Source: Collinsella aerofaciens (lineage in GTDB: Bacteria > Actinomycetota > Coriobacteriia > Coriobacteriales > Coriobacteriaceae). From it: a stretch of DNA of 49,438 nt. The position numbers and the translations under genes are program-made. The notes beneath the pieces are model-generated. The model saw only the letters and a list, made by a program, of their open reading frames with translations. It was not told where the DNA came from and did no database searches. Within the stretch, counting starts at the first letter, position 1. Every line of letters begins with the position of its first letter. The stretch spans positions 1-49,438 of the forward strand of contig JAUUSS010000001.1 in assembly GCA_030841765.1 (NCBI GenBank), in the 5' to 3' direction. Positions 36,819-49,223 of this stretch are shown here, piece after piece.

Positions 36819-37748
36819 ATGGCATCTCAAGTTGAGCTCACCCCATGCGGGGCCATGTTTGACATCTTTAAGCGCGCGGCGCATCTGAGCCATATCGAGC
36901 TGTGCGGCTTGGTGCTTTCGTCCCGTCCGCTCGCCGACGGCCGCAGCCCGCAGAGCCGAGCCACCGATCGCTCTTGGGTTTCCCGCTTTATCGTTCGCGC
37001 GCCGGTCGGCACGCTTCAGCAGCGCTACTTTGCCGAATACGGTACCTCGGCTGCGCGTATTATGTCGCAACTGGCCCTGCGCCAGCGCAATCCCATGGAC
37101 TCCACGGCTGTGATCAATATGGTGTGCGGTCCTGCAGGTGAACCGATGGTACGCGCGCTCGAAGAGTGCCACCAGGACACGAATCTCTATCGCAACGCGC
37201 TCGATCGCCTGTCCCAGGCGGCGGAACTCATGCCCGCCGAGGCCGTGCTGGTGCTGTTTGTCGCCGTCGGTTGTTCGGCGGATGTGCGGTCCTCGGTGAA
37301 CTATGCCATCGACTACGCGCACGCGACCTGTGGCGGAGGAACATCCACGCCGCGTTCGCTTGGCATGTCGATGACCGCGGGCGAACGCGAACCCGCCCCG
37401 GCGCACCCCTTGGGCTTGCTGCGCGTACAAAACAGTTTTGTCGTGAGCGCCCCGCGCTGGATTCAGCCGAGCGAGCAGGGTGTTGAGATTGGCGCGCTGG
37501 CCACTGGTGAGGGCGATATTACCGACGTCGGCGACGATGTCTCGGCCCGCCATGCTCATATCTGGTGCGATGCTCAAAATATCTGGCACGTCGAGGACTT
37601 GTCGTCCACCAACGGAACCGTGGTGGTAAACGGGGCCACGCGCGTCTGCATTCAGGTCGAGCCCGGCCGTTCCGCCCAACTCAATCCCGGCGACGAGCTC
37701 AAGCTCGGCGAATCCACTACCTACGCCATTCTCTTCGGTGCCCTCTAG
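36819..37748 (+). CDS. FHA domain protein with uncharacterised N-terminal region
   Basis: VSARHAHI..WHVEDLSSTNGTVV; AGGAGG RBS. Confidence 0.85.
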   Translation: MASQVELTPCGAMFDIFKRAAHLSHIELCGLVLSSRPLADGRSPQSRATDRSWVSRFIVRAPVGTLQQRYFAEYGTSAARIMSQLALRQRNPMDSTAVINMVCGPAGEPMVRALEECHQDTNLYRNALDRLSQAAELMPAEAVLVLFVAVGCSADVRSSVNYAIDYAHATCGGGTSTPRSLGMSMTAGEREPAPAHPLGLLRVQNSFVVSAPRWIQPSEQGVEIGALATGEGDITDVGDDVSARHAHIWCDAQNIWHVEDLSSTNGTVVVNGATRVCIQVEPGRSAQLNPGDELKLGESTTYAILFGAL

Positions 37749-37759
37749 CCAGTCCTGCC

Positions 37760-37791
37760 AAATGGTCCCTCCGTCCCCAAGGGATCATTTT
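37760..37791 (+). terminator. Hairpin after FHA gene
   Basis: AAATGGTCCCT / AGGGATCATTT. Confidence 0.45.
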
Positions 37792-38150
37792 GCTCCCGGC
37801 AGTCACCTGAGGTAAACCTTTACCGCCCGCCTATATTTGCCGAAATTACACTTGACGGCGGGGTACAATAAACCCGCATGCGGATTTCCGTTGCGGGCGC
37901 TTCCCATCGCCGGGGCGTGCCCGGGAGCATCCGGCATGCGGCCTTTGCGGCGCTCGGTCATGTGCAAGACGGGCGGTCGGGCCTGTAGGGCGCATCAGCT
38001 GCCCCTCGCCTCGGCATGTCTTCTCTCCACGCCATGTACCTGCTGCTGAGCCTGCCTGCCAGATGATTGGAAGCAACAGCGTAAATCCCATCACGCCAAC
38101 ATCCCGGCGATCGCCGGGGCCTGTATACCTATATGAGAGGAGAGGGGTAT

Positions 38151-41100
38151 ATGGCGCGTAAGTTTAAGTCTATGGACGGCAACGAGGCGGCCGCATATGT
38201 TTCGTATGCGTACACCGAGGTAGCGGGAATCTATCCCATTACGCCGTCCAGCCCGATGGCCGACCATGTCGACCAGTGGGCGGCCCAGGGTCGCAAGAAC
38301 ATCTTCGGCACCCCGGTCAAGGTCGTCGAGATGGAGTCCGAGGCAGGTGCAGCCGGTACCGTTCACGGTTCGCTGGGTGCCGGTGCTCTGACCACCACCT
38401 ACACGGCTTCTCAGGGTCTGCTCCTGATGATTCCGAACATGTACAAGATCGCGGGCGAGCAGCTCCCGGGCGTCTTCCACGTCTCCGCGCGTTGCGTCGC
38501 TTCCCACGCCCTGAACATTTTTGGCGATCACTCCGACGTCATGGCTTGTCGTCAGACCGGCTTCGCCATGCTCGCCGAGGGCAACGTCCAGGAGGTCATG
38601 GACCTCTCGCCGGTGGCTCACCTTGCCGCCATCGAGGGCAAGACCCCGTTCCTTAACTTCTTCGACGGCTTCCGCACCAGCCACGAGATCCAGAAGGTCG
38701 CCATGTGGGACTACAAGGATCTGGCTGAGATGTGCGACATGGACGCCGTCCAGGCTTTCCGCGATCACGCGCTCAACCCTGAGCACCCGCACACCCGCGG
38801 TAGCCACGAGAACGGCGATATCTTCTTCCAGAACCGTGAGGCCTGCAACAAGGTCTACGACGAGCTTCCCGCCGTCGTCGAGGGCTACATGAAGAAGATC
38901 AACGAGAAGCTCGGCACCGATTACGGCCTGTTCAACTACTACGGCGCTCCCGATGCCGATCGCGTCGTCGTGTGCATGGGCTCCTTCTGCGACGTGCTCG
39001 AGGAAGTCATCGACTACCTCAACGCTCACGGCGAGAAGGTCGGCCTGGTCAAGGTTCGTCTGTTCCGTCCGTTCTCCATCAAGCACTTCGTCGACGTTCT
39101 CCCCGAGACCGTCCAGAAGATCGCCGTCATGGACCGTACCAAGGAGCCGGGTTCCATCGGCGAGCCGCTCTACCAGGACGTCGTCTCCGCTCTCTACGAG
39201 GCCGGCAAGACGGGTATCAAGGTCGTCGGCGGCCGTTACGGTCTGGGCAGCAAGGACACGCCTCCCGCGTCCGCGTTCGCTGTCTTCGAGGAGCTCAAGA
39301 AGGACGAGCCCAAGCGCGAGTTCACCATCGGCATTGTCGACGACGTGACCAACCTGAGCCTGCCCGAGGCCGAGGATGCGCCCAACACCGCAGCCCCCGG
39401 CACCATCGAGTGCAAGTTCTGGGGTCTGGGTGGCGACGGTACCGTCGGCGCCAACAAGAACTCGATTAAGATCATCGGCGACCACACCGACAAGTACGTT
39501 CAGGCCTACTTCCAGTACGACTCCAAGAAGACCGGCGGCGTCACCGTTTCGCACCTGCGCTTTGGTGATTCCCCGATCCGTTCGCCGTACTACGTGACCA
39601 AGGCCGACTTTGTCGCTTGCCATAACCCCAGCTACATCGTCAAGGGCTTCAAGATGGTCCGCGACGTCAAGCCGGGCGGCACCTTCCTGGTCAACTGCCA
39701 GTGGAGCGACGAGGAGTTCGCCGAGCACATGCCCGCCGTGGCCAAGCGCTACATCGCGAACAACAACGTCAACGTCTACCTGATCGACGCTATCGACCTG
39801 GCTGCCAAGGTCGGCATGGGCAAGCGCACCAACACGGTGCTCCAGTCCGCCTTCTTCGCGCTGGCCAAGGTCCTGCCCGCCGAGGACGCCCTGCAGTACA
39901 TGAAGGACGCGGCTACCAAGTCCTACATGAAGAAGGGCCAGGCCATCGTCGACGCCAACCACAAGGCCATCGATGCCGGCGCTACCGCCTTCCGTAAGTT
40001 CGAGGTTCCGGCCGACTGGGCAACCGCCGAGGATGCCGCTCCCGTCGAGCTCTCCGAGGAGACCAAGTCCGCCATCGCCCAGCAGGTCAAGAACCTGCTC
40101 GAGCCCATCGATCGCATGGATGGCGACAGCCTGCCTGTCTCCGCCTTCGTCGGTTGCGCCGACGGCCAGTTTGAGCTGGGCGCCTCCGCATACGAGAAGC
40201 GCGGCGTCGCCGTGGTCGTTCCCCACTGGGACGAGACCAAGTGCATCCAGTGCAACCAGTGCGCCTATGTGTGCCCGCATGCCACCATCCGTCCGTTCGC
40301 GATGACCGAGGACGAGGCTGCCGCCGCGCCCGAGGCTACCCGCACGCTCGACGCTATGGGCCCCAAGGCCAAGGGCATGAAGTTCACCATGGCCGTGTCC
40401 CCGCTCGACTGCATGGGCTGCACCAACTGCGTTAAGGTCTGCCCCAAGGGCGCCCTCGAGATGGTTCCCACCGAGCAGGAGATGGACCAGCAGCCCGTTT
40501 GGGACTACATGGTCGAGAACGTCTCCGAGAAGAAGGAGCTCATCGCGGCCAACGTCAAGGGCAGCCAGTTTAAGCAGCCCTACCTGGAGTTCTCCGGCTC
40601 CTGCGCCGGCTGCGCCGAGACCGCCTATGCACGTCTGGTGACCCAGGTCGCCGGCGACCGCATGTTCATCTCCAACGCCACCGGCTGCTCCTCCATTTGG
40701 GGCAACCCCGCTGCCACCGCTCCTTACTGCAAGGACAAGGACGGTCACGGCCCGGCGTGGAACAACTCCCTGTTCGAGGACAATGCCGAGCATGGTCTGG
40801 GCATGGCCGTTGGCTATGAGGCTGTTCAGCACAAGCTGATTGCCGCTACCCAGGACATCATCGCCGCCGATGGTCCGTCCGACGAGCTCAAGGCTGCCGG
40901 CCAGGCTTGGATTGACTCTGTCAACGACGCCGAGGCCTCCAAGACCGCTGCCGCTGCCTACGTTGCCGAGCTCGAGAAGTGCGGCTGCGAGGCTTCCAAG
41001 GCAATCCTCGCCGACAAGGCTTACCTCACCAAGAAGTCCTTCTGGATCTTCGGCGGCGACGGTTGGGCCTACGACATCGGCTTCGGTGGCCTGGATCACG

Positions 41101-41690
41101 TCCTGGCTTCTGGCCACAATGTCAACGTCTTCGTCTTCGACACCGAGGTTTACTCCAACACCGGTGGTCAGGCCTCCAAGGCCTCGAACCTGGGCCAGGT
41201 CGCTCAGTTCGCCGCTGCCGGTAAGGTGACCAAGAAGAAGTCCCTGGCCGAGATTGCCATGAGCTACGGCTACGTCTACGTGGCGCAGGTCGCCATGGGC
41301 GCCAACCCGGCTCAGACCCTCAAGGCCATCCACGAGGCCGAGGCCTACGACGGCCCGTCCCTCATCATCGGCTACAGCCCCTGCGAGATGCACTCCATCA
41401 AGAAGGGCGGCATGCAGAACTGCCAGGCCGAGATGAAGAAGGCTGTCGAGTGCGGTTACTGGAACCTCTTCCGCTTCAACCCCGAGGCTGCTGCCGGCAA
41501 GAAGTTCTCGCTCGATTCCAAGGAGCCCGCGGGCGGTTATCAGGAGTTCCTGATGAACGAGGCCCGTTACGCTTCGCTGACGCGTTCCTTCCCCGAGCGC
41601 GCCGAGGAGCTCTTCAAGGAGAACGAGCAGGCCGCTATGGACCGCTACGCTCACCTGCTGAAGCTCAAGACGGTGTACAACGAGGCCTAG
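38151..41690 (+). CDS. nifJ: Pyruvate:ferredoxin (flavodoxin) oxidoreductase
   Basis: MDGNEAAA, YPITPSS, CIQCNQCAYVCP and CMGCTNCVKVCP ferredoxin motifs, GSCAGC, GGDGWAYDIG. Confidence 0.97.
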   Translation: MARKFKSMDGNEAAAYVSYAYTEVAGIYPITPSSPMADHVDQWAAQGRKNIFGTPVKVVEMESEAGAAGTVHGSLGAGALTTTYTASQGLLLMIPNMYKIAGEQLPGVFHVSARCVASHALNIFGDHSDVMACRQTGFAMLAEGNVQEVMDLSPVAHLAAIEGKTPFLNFFDGFRTSHEIQKVAMWDYKDLAEMCDMDAVQAFRDHALNPEHPHTRGSHENGDIFFQNREACNKVYDELPAVVEGYMKKINEKLGTDYGLFNYYGAPDADRVVVCMGSFCDVLEEVIDYLNAHGEKVGLVKVRLFRPFSIKHFVDVLPETVQKIAVMDRTKEPGSIGEPLYQDVVSALYEAGKTGIKVVGGRYGLGSKDTPPASAFAVFEELKKDEPKREFTIGIVDDVTNLSLPEAEDAPNTAAPGTIECKFWGLGGDGTVGANKNSIKIIGDHTDKYVQAYFQYDSKKTGGVTVSHLRFGDSPIRSPYYVTKADFVACHNPSYIVKGFKMVRDVKPGGTFLVNCQWSDEEFAEHMPAVAKRYIANNNVNVYLIDAIDLAAKVGMGKRTNTVLQSAFFALAKVLPAEDALQYMKDAATKSYMKKGQAIVDANHKAIDAGATAFRKFEVPADWATAEDAAPVELSEETKSAIAQQVKNLLEPIDRMDGDSLPVSAFVGCADGQFELGASAYEKRGVAVVVPHWDETKCIQCNQCAYVCPHATIRPFAMTEDEAAAAPEATRTLDAMGPKAKGMKFTMAVSPLDCMGCTNCVKVCPKGALEMVPTEQEMDQQPVWDYMVENVSEKKELIAANVKGSQFKQPYLEFSGSCAGCAETAYARLVTQVAGDRMFISNATGCSSIWGNPAATAPYCKDKDGHGPAWNNSLFEDNAEHGLGMAVGYEAVQHKLIAATQDIIAADGPSDELKAAGQAWIDSVNDAEASKTAAAAYVAELEKCGCEASKAILADKAYLTKKSFWIFGGDGWAYDIGFGGLDHVLASGHNVNVFVFDTEVYSNTGGQASKASNLGQVAQFAAAGKVTKKKSLAEIAMSYGYVYVAQVAMGANPAQTLKAIHEAEAYDGPSLIIGYSPCEMHSIKKGGMQNCQAEMKKAVECGYWNLFRFNPEAAAGKKFSLDSKEPAGGYQEFLMNEARYASLTRSFPERAEELFKENEQAAMDRYAHLLKLKTVYNEA

Positions 41691-41700
41691 GTCTCCCACC

Positions 41701-41825
41701 GCAGGATCTGAGGGCTGACCTTCGCGGACGTCCTCGGACATGAAAGAACCCCCGCTGCGCACTACGTGCGGCGGGGGTTCTTTCGTCCTGCGTAATGTCC
41801 GCGAAGGTCAGCCCTCAGATCCTGC
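41701..41825. repeat. Nested inverted repeat: 29-bp perfect outer arms around a terminator-like hairpin
   Basis: 41701-41729 is the exact reverse complement of 41797-41825; inner GAAAGAACCCCCGCTGCGC / GTGCGGCGGGGGTTCTTTC (41742-41784). Confidence 0.88.
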
Positions 41826-42374
41826 TACGACTACGTCCTCGGATTGTGGAGCTGGATGAAGGACGTGGCTGATGGGGAGCCTTGTTCCGGTCGCTGTTTT
41901 GCGGCTTTGCCGCGAAACCTCGCGCCACTTTGGGGGTGGATGGGGGCGTGGCCGTTGCTGCCTTCTATCCCCGTGCTTTGGGGCTGGCTGTCTTTTTGGA
42001 GCTCATCTATATTCCTTATGCTGGATGAAAAACGCCATGTTATTGCAGGGCTGCATACTCGTCCAATAAGTGCATAGAATCTCGTATAGTGCGAGTAAGA
42101 TATTACGCTGCCTGTTTTGTGTTTAGCAAAGATACAGTTTGCATAATCTGGTCTAATCCCTGCTCTATTAAAATAAAGTCGCACGTAAATGGCGTAAACA
42201 TATCTGAGCTGGGGTTCTGTACGCTGAGCGGATAAAAACGACCGTTCACCGTTCAACTATTTTCAAAATGAATAAAATGAGCGATAAAGAGAATATAAAC
42301 CTTAATAAACTCGCGTATTGCACGGACGCGGGTTATTAATGGGTTGTAGGCCTTTTACAGAAAGGATTCCAGCA

Positions 42375-43337
42375 ATGTCTAAGCCTCTTGGCAAGCCCGA
42401 TCGTATTGTCGTCGCCCTTGGCGGCAACGCCCTCGGCAACAACCCCGTTGAGCAGATCGAGGCCGTGAGCAACACCGCTCACGCCCTTCTCGGCCTGATT
42501 GAGCAGGGTAACGAAATCATCATCACCCACGGCAACGGTCCGCAGGTCGGCATGATCCAGAACGCCTTCGCCGCCGCCCACGACGCCATCGGCACCCCCG
42601 AGATGCCGCTGCCCGAGTGCGGCGCCATGTCCCAGGGCTACATCGGCTATCACCTGCAGCAGGGCATTGGCCGCGAGATGCACAAGCGCTATAAGCGTTG
42701 GCACGCCGCAACCGTCGTCACCCAGATCGAGTGCGACCCCGACGATCCCGCGTTCAAGAACCCGACCAAGCCGATCGGCCCCTTCTACACCGAGGAGCAG
42801 GCCAAGGAGTTCATGGCCGAGGATCCTTCCAAGGTCTTCGTCGAGGATTCCGGCCGCGGCTGGCGTCGCGTTGTCGCTTCCCCCGATCCCAAGAAGATCG
42901 TCGAGGCTGACTCCATCCTCAACCTGCTCGACAACGAGTTCATCGTCATCGCCTGCGGTGGCGGCGGTATCCCCGTCGTCCGCGACTACGAGAACAAGGG
43001 CTGCTACAAGGGCGTTCCCGCCGTCATCGACAAGGACCTGGGCGGCGAGCTGCTGGCCGAGGACTGCGACGCCGACGTTCTGTTCCTGCTGACCGCCGTT
43101 GAGCATGTCGCCATCAACTTTGGCAAGCCCAACCAGGAGGAGCTCGAGGACATCACCGCCGACGAGGCCGAGCGCCTGGCCGACGAGGGCCAGTTCGGCA
43201 AGGGTTCCATGGAGCCCAAGGTCCGCGCCGCCATCAAGTTTGCCCGCTCCCGCAAGGGTCGCACCTGCATCATCGGTGCCCTGGACAAGGCCGCCGAGAC
43301 CATGGCCGGCCTCTCCGGTACCCGCATCCACGAGTAG
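42375..43337 (+). CDS. arcC: Carbamate kinase
   Basis: VVALGGNAL, THGNGPQVG, NPTKPIGPFY, GWRRVVASP, CGGGGIPV, AVIDKD, GSMEPK. Confidence 0.96.
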   Translation: MSKPLGKPDRIVVALGGNALGNNPVEQIEAVSNTAHALLGLIEQGNEIIITHGNGPQVGMIQNAFAAAHDAIGTPEMPLPECGAMSQGYIGYHLQQGIGREMHKRYKRWHAATVVTQIECDPDDPAFKNPTKPIGPFYTEEQAKEFMAEDPSKVFVEDSGRGWRRVVASPDPKKIVEADSILNLLDNEFIVIACGGGGIPVVRDYENKGCYKGVPAVIDKDLGGELLAEDCDADVLFLLTAVEHVAINFGKPNQEELEDITADEAERLADEGQFGKGSMEPKVRAAIKFARSRKGRTCIIGALDKAAETMAGLSGTRIHE

Positions 43338-43403
43338 CCTCTACTCCATTGCCTCTCTCGTGGGCGCCAGGCAAGACGCCCACAAACTAGCCTCTCTTCA
43401 TGA

Positions 43404-43552
43404 GCCCCGCGGCCCGCTCCGACCGCGGGGCTTTTGCTATTCACCTGGTCCCCGATGGGTGGGTAGTCATTGGGGACGTTCTTAAACGACTAGTCAAACA
43501 AGAACGTCCTCAATGACTACTAATTTAAATCTGTCCCCAATGACTGCGGAAA
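43404..43552 (+). repeat. Left direct repeat: terminator + REP-like palindromes
   Basis: GCCCCGCGG..CCGCGGGGCTTTT terminator; GTAGTCATTGGGGACGTTCTT (43463-43483) and inverted copies; homologous to 49224-49359. Confidence 0.88.
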
Positions 43553-43630
43553 GCGCATCTCACACCGACGCATTGCTTTCGGGCCCTCTCTCCGTGCCCC
43601 CTATAAGTTCAGCTGGACTCCCCGCAACCT

Positions 43631-43687
43631 GTTCCGCGTTGGCGGAACGAGAGCGACGTGGAGTGTCATTCTTTACCGCGTTAGACT
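43631..43687 (+). promoter_or_regulatory. Candidate LicR-type activator dyad and -10
   Basis: GTTCCGC-gttg-GCGGAAC (43631-43648); TAGACT at 43682-43687 with a poor -35. Confidence 0.45.
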
Positions 43688-43710
43688 AGACGCAGGGAAA
43701 GGAGGAGGAC

Positions 43711-45606
43711 ATGGATGCTCGCGTCAAGCAGCTTGTAAATATGATCGAGGACGCTCAGCCTGTCGCTGTCGCGGTGCTTGCCAAGCGTCTCGAGGTAAGC
43801 GAGCGCGCCATGAGAAACCATATCCATCGCGCAAACGACAATCTTGCGGGGGTTGCACGCATCGTTGGCAGCAAAGGGCAATATCGTATCGATGTTGCAC
43901 ATGCAGATGAGCTTGCTCGCTTGCTAGACGGTGCGGCTCTGGCCCATCCGGGCATTCCTGATACGCGCGACGGCCGTGTGTCCTTCCTTCTTAACGACCT
44001 CCTCATGCGGTCCCAGTGGGTGACGATTGGGGAGTATGCGGATTTACTCTACGTTTCGGCGCGAACTCTGTCCAATGACATGCGTCTGGTAGAGCAGAAA
44101 CTCGCCCAATTTGACTTAACGCTCGAAAAGCGCCCACGCTACGGAATCCGCGTTGCGGGCGGGGAGTCGCAACGGCGCCTGTGCCTGGCCTCGCTGGTGA
44201 GGCCCGTGTTGCCCGACACCGACGATGCAAAGCTCGCCGAGCGCCTGCGGGCCATCGCTGCATGTGTGGACGATGCCCTGACGGCCTCGCCCGTCACGGT
44301 GAGCTCGCTGGCATCCCGCAATCTCATCATGCATCTTTACATTGCTCTTGGCCGCATCGAGCAGGGCTGCTATGTCCCAGCTGCAGAATCGGACGTTCAA
44401 AAACTGGAGGGAACGCGCGAATACGCCGCGGCTTTCCAGATTGCCGCAAACATCAAGGATGCCCTGGGCGTGAGCATGCCCCGAGAAGAGGTTGCCTTTA
44501 TCGCAATCCATTTGCTCGGCAGGGGCACGGGCGTGCCCGAGAAGGGCTCTGCCGTTATCTCGGACGAGATGTGGGAGATTGCTTCCGAGATGGTACGTGC
44601 GGTCAACGATGAGTTTGGGTTTGACTTTAGCGGCGATCTTGAACTTCGCATGAACCTTGCTCGGCATATCGGCCCTCTGGGCTATCGCCTTGAATATCAC
44701 ATGCATATGGATAACCCCATGCTGCCCGATATCAAGACGAGGTTTCCGTTGGCCTATTCGATGGCAGCTGGCACCTCGCAGGTACTCGAGCGCCATTTTG
44801 GCAGCCAGCCCTCTGATGAAGAGCTCGGCTACATCGCCATGGCATTTGCCCTGGCCCTCGAGCAGCAAGCCGACCAGCCGCGTCGCAAGCGCATCCTGAT
44901 CGTGTGCGCCTCGGGAGCGGGAAGCGCCCGTATGCTCGAGCACCAGTACCGCAAGCAGTTTGGCATGTATATCGATTCGATTGAGACATGCGATGTCGCC
45001 CGCGTGGGAACGTTCGATTTTTCGCACATCGACTACGTGTTCACAACGGTGCCGCTCAACGTCAAGTTGCCCGTGCCCGTCCGCGAGGCCGATTTCTTCT
45101 TGGAGACGAGCGATGTCAACGCTATCCGCAAGGTGCTGAGCGACGACACTGCGCAATCGGACTCCGTAAGCTCTTTCTTTAGCCGTGCCCTGTTCTTCAA
45201 CCGCGTTGAGGCGTCGTCGAAGCAGGCCGTTCTCCGATATCTCTCCGAGCGCGCCGTCGAGAGCGGCCGTGTCGATGCCCAGTTTGCCCAAGAGGTCGCC
45301 GAGCGCGAGAGCGCGAGTGCCACCTCGTTTGGCAATGGGGTAGCCATGCCCCATGGGATGCATCCCTTGAGCGCCGAGGCCTTTGTTACCGTGGGCCTGC
45401 TCGAACACCCCATTCTTTGGGACGAATACGGCCATGAGGTCGATATCGTCTTTATGGTGTCGTTTGCCCGGTCGGGCGGCGATGAGGCGCGGATCTTGAG
45501 CTCACTGCTCGCCGAGATCTTTATGGACCGCCAGGGGGTCGAGCGCCTACGCGAGCGCCGGTCCTGGCATGAGCTGATGGCGCTTGTGCAAGCGCATACG
45601 GCTTAA
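43711..45606 (+). CDS. LicR/MtlR-type PRD transcriptional activator (HTH-PRD-PRD-EIIB-EIIA)
   Basis: LEVSERAMRN, YVSARTLSND, FIAIHL, LIVCASGAGSA, TSFGNGVAMPHG. Confidence 0.9.
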   Translation: MDARVKQLVNMIEDAQPVAVAVLAKRLEVSERAMRNHIHRANDNLAGVARIVGSKGQYRIDVAHADELARLLDGAALAHPGIPDTRDGRVSFLLNDLLMRSQWVTIGEYADLLYVSARTLSNDMRLVEQKLAQFDLTLEKRPRYGIRVAGGESQRRLCLASLVRPVLPDTDDAKLAERLRAIAACVDDALTASPVTVSSLASRNLIMHLYIALGRIEQGCYVPAAESDVQKLEGTREYAAAFQIAANIKDALGVSMPREEVAFIAIHLLGRGTGVPEKGSAVISDEMWEIASEMVRAVNDEFGFDFSGDLELRMNLARHIGPLGYRLEYHMHMDNPMLPDIKTRFPLAYSMAAGTSQVLERHFGSQPSDEELGYIAMAFALALEQQADQPRRKRILIVCASGAGSARMLEHQYRKQFGMYIDSIETCDVARVGTFDFSHIDYVFTTVPLNVKLPVPVREADFFLETSDVNAIRKVLSDDTAQSDSVSSFFSRALFFNRVEASSKQAVLRYLSERAVESGRVDAQFAQEVAERESASATSFGNGVAMPHGMHPLSAEAFVTVGLLEHPILWDEYGHEVDIVFMVSFARSGGDEARILSSLLAEIFMDRQGVERLRERRSWHELMALVQAHTA

Positions 45607-45725
45607 GACTTCTTTTGTCGATAACCCTGTCTGTCTACCTGCAATAAACCTCGAGGATTGCGGGCGGGAGATAGGCGTTTCGAATATTCAAGTACAAACC
45701 AAACATCACGGGAGAGGAGACCGTT

Positions 45726-46052
45726 ATGGACGATCAGGGAACCGAGATGGTTTCGTTTCAGCTGGTCGCTGCAGCGGGAGAGGCACGCAGCCTTGCCTTC
45801 GAAGCCCTTGAAAAGGCAAAAGCGGGGGATTTTGACGCCGCCGCCAAACTCATGAAGCAGTCAAAGGATGCGGGAATCAAGGCTCACCACATCCAAACGC
45901 AGCTGCTTTCGACTGAGGCAGCGGGCGAGCATCTGTCGGTGGATGTGTTGCTGGTCCATGCTCAGGACCACCTCATGTGCTCCATGCTTGCTCAGGAGCT
46001 CGTGCAGGAGCTGATCTGCCTGTATGAGTGCACTGCAACCAAGAACGCCTAG
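45726..46052 (+). CDS. PTS lactose/cellobiose family IIA
   Basis: AGEARS, AHHIQTQLL, LLVHAQDHLM. Confidence 0.93.
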   Translation: MDDQGTEMVSFQLVAAAGEARSLAFEALEKAKAGDFDAAAKLMKQSKDAGIKAHHIQTQLLSTEAAGEHLSVDVLLVHAQDHLMCSMLAQELVQELICLYECTATKNA

Positions 46053-46098
46053 CGGCGTGCGGTGACTATCCAACCAATCAATGCGAAGGGAATCCCTT

Positions 46099-46392
46099 AT
46101 GAAGATCCTTCTTGTTTGCGCAGCTGGTCTGTCTACAAGCATTCTGATGAAGAAACTCGAGAAATATGCGGAGCAAAACGGCATCGAGCTCGATATCGAT
46201 GCGGTGGGTATCGGCGAGTATCAGGAGACGTGCGCCAATTATGACGTGCTGCTCTTGGGGCCGCAGGTGTCCTACCAGCTCAACACCGTCAAGCAGGGGA
46301 GCGGTAAGCCGACCGCGGTCATCCCCGCACAGGACTACGGCATGGGCAACGCCGCCAACGTGCTGGCACTCGCCCAGTCGCTGTTGGGTTAG
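46099..46392 (+). CDS. PTS lactose/cellobiose family IIB
   Basis: ILLVCAAGLSTSIL, LLGPQV, DYGMGN. Confidence 0.93.
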   Translation: MKILLVCAAGLSTSILMKKLEKYAEQNGIELDIDAVGIGEYQETCANYDVLLLGPQVSYQLNTVKQGSGKPTAVIPAQDYGMGNAANVLALAQSLLG

Positions 46393-46401
46393 GAGGCGAC
46401 C

Positions 46402-49207
<2,806 letters not shown>

Positions 49208-49223
49208 CCCTTGCAAGCCTGCT

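Noticed and set aside
38091..41762. 1223-aa minus-strand ORF
   Set aside because: Antisense shadow of the codon-biased PFOR gene; no motifs. The same applies to 9067-10473, 15944-17167, 42336-43331, 44116-45435, 46078-47277 and similar ORFs
43463..43547. Possible CRISPR array
   Set aside because: Units are inverted, irregularly spaced, lack unique spacers, and no cas genes are present
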